Positions 57,089 to 64,000 of a stretch of DNA of 64,000 bases are shown here, piece by piece (within the stretch, counting starts at the first letter, position 1; the number at the start of each line of letters is the position of its first letter). This stretch comes from Giardia intestinalis (taxonomy: Eukaryota): NCBI GenBank assembly GCA_000002435.2, contig CM018789.1. One strand, 5' to 3'. The translations under genes and the position numbers were made by a program. The notes below the pieces were generated by a model. That model did no database searches. It had not been told where the DNA came from and saw nothing but the letters and a program-made list of their open reading frames with translations.

Positions 57089-59597
57089 TGTTACTTGCTC
57101 TCCTTCCTATTTCTGTACCAGCCTCCATGGGGAGCATGTTGCTACTCTCGTTCCAACTGGTTGCAACCCAAACAGCTCGGCTTGAGCTTCTGGAAACACC
57201 TCGCTCGGAGTCTGTATGTACTGGAAAGGTGGCACTGATGCCAATTGATAATTGGGAGTATGTAGAGACGACACTAGCTCGCTGGTAGCTACTGCTGGCT
57301 CGACTAACACTAGCTCTCGACACTCTGCTAGCCATCGTTAAAGGAACTCTTGGGGGATCCAGGGTGGTCCCAGGCTCTAATTGCGAATAGATAGAACCAT
57401 CTGGAGATCTTGAAGCGGTGGTGCCCGGAGGCGTTACTCTTCGTTGCGGGGCCTTGGATCTACGCAAGTTATCAGCTACACTAGTTTGACTGCGTCTAGC
57501 GCATTGTAGAAACTCTTCTGAAGGATCTGGAAGCTCGTTCCGATACGACTGAGTGGCGGACTGGTTAGATCCCGAACGTAACTTCTTAGCACTTTTAGAT
57601 ATAGGTGTCCCTGTCTTCTCGTATGGAGTAATATTTATTGAAGGGGCTAAAATGGAAGATGCCGTGTACAAATCGGATGCTTCTATCGTGCTACTTAGAG
57701 AAAGCTCAAACATCATGCTGTTGTCTGGAAATCGACGACTAAAGATGGAATATGCATCATACATCTCCAGGTAGCTACTGATTAGTGCAGAAAGCTCTCC
57801 CCGAGTAAGAATGCTGTAGAGCTGAGTTGGAGTAATAGGCTTGTCGTTTATCAACTCCCAAATGCTTTCACATGGAATGGGATCGCTTGAAGAAAATGTC
57901 TCCATTAAATTAAACCCCTCTCGCCTACTCTTAAAGACTGCTCTATCGGTGGTTCCTATAGAATAGTCCATTGCTTTGTGCACTGTGCATGTTAAATAAG
58001 CAATTTCGGCGGGTCTTTGGCCAACGGTCTTCGGCTTTGAAGTTGCAAGATAATACTGCATACGATCGATCAATCCTGTCTCATAGAAGCACATGTAATA
58101 GAGGGAGTTGTCATAGGCCCCTAGTTCCAACATAGAATTGCGTATACGCGTTAGGGGGCAAAGAATCATGTTACAGTTGATGAAGCGTGCAGAGGAGGAG
58201 ACGTCTGACATGAATTCTAATAGTTCCTTACAACAGAGGCTAGCTGCTGCACCCATTATAGGAGAGTATCGCAGGACCTTGGCAGCATTTTCTGGTGACA
58301 GCCATTCTGATGTACCTCCACAACCAAGATATGCTGTGGAGTTCATCTCAGCGCGGCTGCTCTCTGAAGCAATATACATCTCCATCGCCTTTACGTGTAT
58401 GGAGTCGTATTCTGGTACATAGCTATGCACTAGGTCTCCGAGAAGGATGGCCTCCTTTAACTCTCCAAAGCAACAGAAGAACCTGGCAACAAGAACCAGG
58501 ATATAATAAACCTGTCGAAAGGAAAGCTGCTGAACTATGGTACCTGAGCAGCACTGGTACGTACTATGTAGCTCTGCTATGACCAGTTTTATTACATCAG
58601 ACATTCCTGGTATGGCCAGGGGAATAAGATCAACGATAGAGATAGATGTTTCATAGACAGTTGCAGTTTTTCTCAGGTCTTCTTCATTGTAGCGTAAAGT
58701 CTCAGCAGAAAGGGACAAGGAAAAGTAAGTTGCTATTAAGTTAATGATATCCATGACGAATGTATCATATTGGCTGTACTGTGCTATGTGCCGAGCCATG
58801 TGCGTAGCTATATCAAACACTTGGTCGTAGAAGCAGTTGAGGTCTTCTGGATACTTGCTAAACAATAACGTAAGTGACGTACATATGTTTGTCACGTGAT
58901 CACTGTGGGGAATGGGCATCTGTAACAGCTTACTTAAATAGCGAAACAAGGAATACATGAAGGTTAGAGGGACGGAGGCATCTTCTTGTAGGAGCGGAAC
59001 AACGGCACAAAACTTATCTGAGGAGAGAAGGTTGAGAAGTGGCGAGTATTGATCATGCGAAACAATGCTAAGTCCATCCTTCGGGCTGACCTCTGCAAGA
59101 GTGGTAAGTATGCTTTTAATTATTTCAAATTGAGAGTGAAGGTCTTCATATGTTTGGTATCCTAGCATAAGGCTCTTAGTCGCCTTTTCCACACCATTAG
59201 CAAAGTACCTCTGAAACTCTGCACTGGAGAGATATGCATCTCGAATGGGTTTGCTTCTCAGCATAGCACTGAAGATTGCAGGTAGCTTATCAGTAATTTG
59301 CTTTTCCTGAGATGTGGTGAATACTATACCTTCCTCGTTATACTGACCGGAAAAGGCGGCGAGAGAAAGGTTTGTGATAACATCTGGCCGTATCAATGTG
59401 GAAACAAGATGGCTAGTTGGGTTGGCCAATTCAAGGATGAAGCTATCCCTTAGTATTAATGAAAGAATTGCTCCACGGGTTTCATGCTCGTGAGACTGGT
59501 CTACGAACATGTTCGTAGAAAGCACAGACCAGTAAATACGTTGTGCCCCCAAAGGAGTATCAACGTCCCTGATAAGTTTCATAGGAGTTAGAGGCAT
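57072..59597 (-). CDS. Hypothetical protein (~842 aa), Ser-rich C-terminal region
   Basis: The ORF-track start 59681 is a GTG and would overlap the divergent gene at 59659. The ATG at 59595-59597 (MPLTPMKLIRDV...) leaves a 61 bp AT-rich divergent promoter ('ttcttttaaaaatcc'). 3' end overlaps the convergent GCLC gene by 17 bp. Confidence 0.5.
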   Translation of the reverse strand: MPLTPMKLIRDVDTPLGAQRIYWSVLSTNMFVDQSHEHETRGAILSLILRDSFILELANPTSHLVSTLIRPDVITNLSLAAFSGQYNEEGIVFTTSQEKQITDKLPAIFSAMLRSKPIRDAYLSSAEFQRYFANGVEKATKSLMLGYQTYEDLHSQFEIIKSILTTLAEVSPKDGLSIVSHDQYSPLLNLLSSDKFCAVVPLLQEDASVPLTFMYSLFRYLSKLLQMPIPHSDHVTNICTSLTLLFSKYPEDLNCFYDQVFDIATHMARHIAQYSQYDTFVMDIINLIATYFSLSLSAETLRYNEEDLRKTATVYETSISIVDLIPLAIPGMSDVIKLVIAELHSTYQCCSGTIVQQLSFRQVYYILVLVARFFCCFGELKEAILLGDLVHSYVPEYDSIHVKAMEMYIASESSRAEMNSTAYLGCGGTSEWLSPENAAKVLRYSPIMGAAASLCCKELLEFMSDVSSSARFINCNMILCPLTRIRNSMLELGAYDNSLYYMCFYETGLIDRMQYYLATSKPKTVGQRPAEIAYLTCTVHKAMDYSIGTTDRAVFKSRREGFNLMETFSSSDPIPCESIWELINDKPITPTQLYSILTRGELSALISSYLEMYDAYSIFSRRFPDNSMMFELSLSSTIEASDLYTASSILAPSINITPYEKTGTPISKSAKKLRSGSNQSATQSYRNELPDPSEEFLQCARRSQTSVADNLRRSKAPQRRVTPPGTTASRSPDGSIYSQLEPGTTLDPPRVPLTMASRVSRASVSRASSSYQRASVVSTYSQLSIGISATFPVHTDSERGVSRSSSRAVWVATSWNESSNMLPMEAGTEIGRRASNIIRGC

Positions 59598-59658
59598 CGT
59601 GTAAAGGGACGTTAGGATTTCTTTTAAAAATCCGCGTCCTTTTGGTCGGCATTCTACG

Positions 59659-60816
59659 ATGACACAGCAGTTTCTAGCCACACAGACAGACCTAGTGAAG
59701 CCTTATGCGGAACACCCACTCATTCTTCGTTCTTTTGATGACATCTACACCCGTAAGGCCCTGCTGCACAAAGGGAGTGATGTGTCTCTATACCTCACCG
59801 TCCTGACTACATCCATGGAGCAGGTAATTTCTAAGGAGATCTACTATCAGGAAGAGAACGAAGATCTCGTCTTTGCTTTAACAGACGAGCTACGCTATAT
59901 CTCTTACATGAATAATCGGTGCTTGCAGCCGATTCTTGATGTGTTCTTCCAGAGACCTGAGAAACGTATCATTGCTGTCTATGCTTCTGTTAATGGGCTC
60001 TCTCTGAGGCAGATAATAACCTATAACACAAAACACAATGTTCGCATTTCCGAGAGTGACATGTGGCGCATAGCAGGTCAGCTAGTGAGCGTTCTTTACT
60101 ACATGCACTTCGTTCAATCTCTTCATCGACTCGTGAAGAGCGCCAATACTGATGCGTTTACTGAGAGCGCTCGTGAGGAGGATTTTGCCGTTATGTATAG
60201 ACTCTATAAAAACCGTCCGGAGAACTTCTGCAGCGATGATATTCATTATAAAAACTTTCAGCTGGAAGAGCTGGCACGCGTCTCTAATCACTTGGTTCGT
60301 GAAAAGAGCATGGAGCTCTATGAATATGCCTGTCAGATAATACCAATCTTGCACAGAGAGATTACCCCGGACAACCTGATAGTCGACAGTGCAGGCTATC
60401 TTGTACTGTGTAATGCTAATCCGTATAGAGTCCTCTCGCAAGAATACGGTCCATATGACTCTCCAGAACTGCAGAAATTTGGTATATTTTCAGAAGCAAC
60501 TGACTTGTACAGTGTAGGGCTTGTCTTGTATGAACTCTTAACCTGTCGCAAGTATCTCGAACGGTCTGTGGACTCTCACTGGTGTCCGCGCCAACTTCCA
60601 AATACCCTCTATTTTGATGGGTACTCTACACATCTTCGCAACCTGATCAGAGGACTGCTTCACCCAGATCCAGCGCTGAGGCCTCTCCTGACAGACATCA
60701 TGAGGCTACCTCGCCTAAGCGATTCATTTCGTGGTGTGGATAGCGTTGGGAAGGTTACCCCAATATACAAAAGCCTTCTTCTACATAACTACACAAATCT
60801 TGCTGCGTTCAAGTGA
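59659..60816 (+). CDS. Highly degenerate kinase-fold protein (pseudokinase, NEK-related?)
   Basis: Remnants of kinase subdomains: ILHREITPDNLIVDSAGYLVLCNA (compare HRDIKPDNLL...K..DFG), TDLYSVGLVLYELLT, LLHPDPALRP. No Gly-loop, beta3 Lys, catalytic Asp or DFG. ATG at 59659 confirmed. Confidence 0.55.
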   Translation: MTQQFLATQTDLVKPYAEHPLILRSFDDIYTRKALLHKGSDVSLYLTVLTTSMEQVISKEIYYQEENEDLVFALTDELRYISYMNNRCLQPILDVFFQRPEKRIIAVYASVNGLSLRQIITYNTKHNVRISESDMWRIAGQLVSVLYYMHFVQSLHRLVKSANTDAFTESAREEDFAVMYRLYKNRPENFCSDDIHYKNFQLEELARVSNHLVREKSMELYEYACQIIPILHREITPDNLIVDSAGYLVLCNANPYRVLSQEYGPYDSPELQKFGIFSEATDLYSVGLVLYELLTCRKYLERSVDSHWCPRQLPNTLYFDGYSTHLRNLIRGLLHPDPALRPLLTDIMRLPRLSDSFRGVDSVGKVTPIYKSLLLHNYTNLAAFK

Positions 60817-60950
60817 TTGATTGGTTGTGGGAGCTACAGTAAGGCAGACACATCGCAGCCAGCATAACCTTCTGACTGAAATAGAACAGTACTTAGCAGT
60901 GGTTGTAACATTGTATTTTCCTCATCCAATAACGAACCATCACTTACTTC

Positions 60951-63929
60951 TTATTGGTCGCTTTCGATGCTTGTGAGATTCTTCACAGCCACATTTTTGA
61001 CATTCTTCACTCGGGCAGCAAATGAAAGTGTTGAGAGAGTCTCATAGAGTAAATTTGGAAGCGGAGATATATTTGCAAACAGAAGCGTCTTGCTATTATT
61101 GCCGAGCGACTGCTGAAGGATCATCGTTAGCTTGTTATTTCTGTACGGTACATAGCTTGCAACTTTCTTCCTCGAAAGGGCTGCAATGACATCCCCGAGT
61201 GCACAAAGAGACGTGTTAATGTGCTGGGCCTCCTTAAGACGTAGCCCATTACTGTGGGATTTTGTTACATTCTCACTGCCAGCCAGGTCAGCAAATGTCA
61301 GTACCGAGCGTGCAGTTCTGGTTCCTTTTGCTGTTTCGCGGTATGAGGTAATCTCGATTAAGAACACAGTATGTGAACGAGAAGACAGAGAGTTGAGCTT
61401 TGTTGCCGCAATATGCCTCCTTTCAAGGCCGTACCCGAGATAGCCGACTAGCTCCTCTGCGCTTGCCACAGTCTTGTAAGAGAGATTTTGTATGTATGTT
61501 TCCCCCTTAGCGGTTTGTCGAACGACCAGTTTATCAGAGTTGAAGCTCGGAAGCTGTGTCCGGGTGTCATCCTCTGTATGCAGCAGGTCAAGGATATTAT
61601 CAAGGTAGTGCTCAATCATCGCACATCTGAGTTCATATCGTTGGGATTGGGATGTGTCAGCCTCAATAAGATTGAATAGTTCTACAATCGAGCGAGGCAA
61701 AAGTCCAAGCCTTTCATATGGATTTTTCTCCTCAGGATCCTTTTGCATGGACATCACAACACTCTCAGCAACAGCCGTTTCAGAGTCGTCTCCTATGAGC
61801 GTAAATGTCTTTCCGCTCCCCGTGCAGCCATATGCCAATACACAGACATTATAGCCGTCAATAACCGACTTTAGAAGGTGGGACATGTCATGAAATACAT
61901 CCTCCTGGGTCTTTGTTTCGTCTAGAATCTTATAGAAGTCAAAACTATAATTCTCTTGAGAAGCCACGCCATACGGAAGCTTGAGCTGCAGCGTATGCTC
62001 ATCCTTAAAAATGAAGGCGTTGCGATAATTAAAGGATCTGAATTTCGATGTCTTTAGCTCTTCCTTTTCATGCTGCAACATCGGACGCATGCGCACAATT
62101 ACTCTTATGCTTCCTTTCATCTCTTCGAGAGTGTTGTGTAAGGTTTTTCGTTGTTTGTTTTCTACAACCATCAATCCCTGCAATCTGGTGTATTCCCGTT
62201 GAAACATACCGTAGTCCAAACTTATTTCTGCGCTTTTCCGCACATCTGGTGTGAAGGTTGGCGTCTTGGAGAGGGCGTAAGACAGCTTGTTCTGAATATC
62301 GGCAAGACTGGTTCTTGATTCTTCTAAGGCTTGTGTCATATTACTATGCTCTATGTTTGCTATCTCGATTTCAATGTCGAAAAACGTGTCCATGAGAGAG
62401 TATACCTCCAGGTTCTGAAGAATCTCTGTTAGCTCTGCTCGCTCGGCTTCTATTTGCTGTTTAATGGTCTGGATAGCAAGGAGTGATGAATTCTGTTGGG
62501 ACTTGGTGATCCCAAGAACCTTAGCAGACGGTGGACGTGGGGGCCCGTCACTCTGCCTAGGTCTGATAGTTGTTGGTGTCGTATTGGATGATCGTCGTGC
62601 TACATCATTGACATCCAACTCGATGCTCTCGTCTGTAGTGAGAGTACCGAATGTATCTCTGGTGGCTTTGGTTGTGTCAAGGTGAGACTCTGACGTTGGC
62701 GGTGGCTGGTGTGTGGCAGTGTTGCTTGAGCTTCTGGCCAAGTCGCGTGCATTTCTCAACTGTTCTACCTCTAACTTCAGTGCAGCTAACTCCTCATCGT
62801 ACTTGTGTTTGAACAGGCTCCAATCAGACATGGGTGCTTCTTGAAATTGGTTACAGAGCTTCTTAGATCCCTGTAGCGTATGTGCCGACAATACAGACTC
62901 ATCAACTACTGCATTGCTAGTGGGAGTAGAGGCAATAGTTCTCTTAATAGTGTCCATCTCCTGCTTGATTAAGGTAACCTGCTCCTGTAATTCCGAAACT
63001 AGTGCAAGCTCCTCAGTTAGATGAGGTTGCTTCTGTGAGGCATGGTCTCTTGTCATATTTTGTACTGATATATTTTCCACTAGTTGTATATCAGCGCGCG
63101 AATCATCATTCATTTGTCGTAATAGCTCAATATCGTCCTCGGTAAATGAGGGATAGTCACTGTCATTTGCCACTTTGCTCTCTGCAGTGGTCTCTTCCAT
63201 CTCACTGTCAGCTAATCGTGCATGTGGTGTCAACTCAGGCTTTTCAAGGAGACCCCCTTTAGATGCACTCAGAATTGATTGATGCAGTTGCAGGTCGACT
63301 ACAGATGGCTGGGGCACAGTTATCTTTGTTGTTTTTGCCGGAAATTCTGGCTGAGTGGACGCATACATCCGATCACTCCCGTGCAAGTCAGTCAAAGAAA
63401 TACGACTCGTGGTAAGTTCCTTTGTCTTTGTATAATGATTAGTAGCCGGAATCAGGGGCGGAGAATCAGTGGGAGAGTAAGATTCTCCCTTGGGGGGACA
63501 GGGTTCGTAATTGCTATTAGAAAGGCGCTTTCTGGGAGAAACCGTAACAGCACCAGACTGGTGGGGAGACTTTTGAGGAGTCTGCGGCTTTTGTGGCTGA
63601 CTTCTCTTCTTGGTGGATTTTGCACTCTGCATTTTGGGGTAGCTCACGGGTGGCTCGAAGTAAGACGATTTGATAACTGAGCGGGTTGATGATGTCTTGC
63701 ATGTCTTCTGCTGGCTAGAGCTACGCCCTGCTGCCTTCACAACAATACTCTTCACTGAGTCATCGCGTAGAGATGAGGTGGAGCTGTTGCACAGACCAAT
63801 ACTCTGAGTGGTAGATCTCTTGTCTGTACTACCTCGTTGGATTCTTGGACTAGATCTTGTGCAGTCTTTGGTGGGGATTGTGAAGTGCCGGGTAGCTGCA
63901 GACTGCAGTGTTGCATCTCTACTCGCCAT
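60951..63929 (-). CDS. Kinesin-14 family motor protein (C-terminal motor domain)
   Basis: Motor domain occupies the C-terminal ~340 aa: IRVIVRMRP, GYNVCVLAYGCTGSGKTFTL (P-loop), SSRSHTVFLIEI (switch I), TFADLAGSEN (switch II), HINTSLCALGDVIAAL, VPYRNNKLTMILQQSLGNNSKTLLFANISP. Neck/coiled coil and a ~600 aa Ser/Thr-rich N-terminal tail precede it, as in Ncd/Kar3-type minus-end motors. ATG confirmed (CAT at 63927-63929). Confidence 0.85.
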   Translation of the reverse strand: MASRDATLQSAATRHFTIPTKDCTRSSPRIQRGSTDKRSTTQSIGLCNSSTSSLRDDSVKSIVVKAAGRSSSQQKTCKTSSTRSVIKSSYFEPPVSYPKMQSAKSTKKRSQPQKPQTPQKSPHQSGAVTVSPRKRLSNSNYEPCPPKGESYSPTDSPPLIPATNHYTKTKELTTSRISLTDLHGSDRMYASTQPEFPAKTTKITVPQPSVVDLQLHQSILSASKGGLLEKPELTPHARLADSEMEETTAESKVANDSDYPSFTEDDIELLRQMNDDSRADIQLVENISVQNMTRDHASQKQPHLTEELALVSELQEQVTLIKQEMDTIKRTIASTPTSNAVVDESVLSAHTLQGSKKLCNQFQEAPMSDWSLFKHKYDEELAALKLEVEQLRNARDLARSSSNTATHQPPPTSESHLDTTKATRDTFGTLTTDESIELDVNDVARRSSNTTPTTIRPRQSDGPPRPPSAKVLGITKSQQNSSLLAIQTIKQQIEAERAELTEILQNLEVYSLMDTFFDIEIEIANIEHSNMTQALEESRTSLADIQNKLSYALSKTPTFTPDVRKSAEISLDYGMFQREYTRLQGLMVVENKQRKTLHNTLEEMKGSIRVIVRMRPMLQHEKEELKTSKFRSFNYRNAFIFKDEHTLQLKLPYGVASQENYSFDFYKILDETKTQEDVFHDMSHLLKSVIDGYNVCVLAYGCTGSGKTFTLIGDDSETAVAESVVMSMQKDPEEKNPYERLGLLPRSIVELFNLIEADTSQSQRYELRCAMIEHYLDNILDLLHTEDDTRTQLPSFNSDKLVVRQTAKGETYIQNLSYKTVASAEELVGYLGYGLERRHIAATKLNSLSSRSHTVFLIEITSYRETAKGTRTARSVLTFADLAGSENVTKSHSNGLRLKEAQHINTSLCALGDVIAALSRKKVASYVPYRNNKLTMILQQSLGNNSKTLLFANISPLPNLLYETLSTLSFAARVKNVKNVAVKNLTSIESDQ

Positions 63930-64000
63930 GTGAGCATTAATGACGTTTGGAGAAGAAAGGTTTTCAGCAGTAGTATTGAGTTCATTGATGGGTGGATTCA

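Noticed and set aside
1-64000. Prokaryote-style features (operons, RBS, CRISPR, integrons, phage modules)
   Set aside because: Gene content and signals are eukaryotic: kinesin, SMC6, MLH1, NEK kinases and polyA signals. No direct-repeat/spacer arrays are present.

Overview
The window is a compact, intron-poor eukaryotic chromosome segment that I assign to a Giardia-type diplomonad. It is not a prokaryotic locus, and I saw no CRISPR array, rRNA or tRNA.

Evidence for the assignment:
- Genes are packed 5-120 bp apart with short AT-rich initiator stretches directly before each ATG.
- AGTAAAY-type polyadenylation signals sit at or just after stop codons.
- A VSP-type C-terminal transmembrane tail is present (NKSSLSTGAIAGISVAVIVVVGGLVGF).
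- There is a cysteine-rich type I membrane protein.
- Five NEK-like kinase or pseudokinase genes are present; four are fused to ankyrin repeats and four look catalytically dead.

Housekeeping genes I can support:
- RluA-type pseudouridine synthase (C-terminal part, partial at the window edge)
- TBCC-domain protein
- eIF2B-family subunit
- DNA ligase I, an SMC6-like protein and an MLH1-like MutL homologue, in tandem on the minus strand
- MEMO1-family protein
- bromodomain protein
- glutamate-cysteine ligase catalytic subunit (GCLC)
- C-terminal-motor kinesin (kinesin-14)
- long Ser/Thr-rich and coiled-coil proteins of unknown function

The most unusual structure is a ~10.8 kb GC-rich compositional island at ~39.5-50.3 kb. 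It contains:
- ~3 kb with no convincing ORF
- an ankyrin gene and a NEK-like ankyrin pseudokinase
- an ankyrin-RING E3-like gene with nearly saturated GC3 codon usage
- a minus-strand gene that needs several frameshifts
- an abrupt right-hand edge, exactly where an ABCC-type ABC transporter gene begins without its first membrane domain and with an in-frame TAG

Further downstream, the 3' half of a VPS4-like AAA ATPase gene and the 3' end of a VSP-like gene meet head-to-head at their broken 5' ends. This looks like a rearrangement breakpoint or a mis-join.

The ORF track translates GTG/TTG starts as M. I re-checked starts against the sequence where it mattered and adjusted several.
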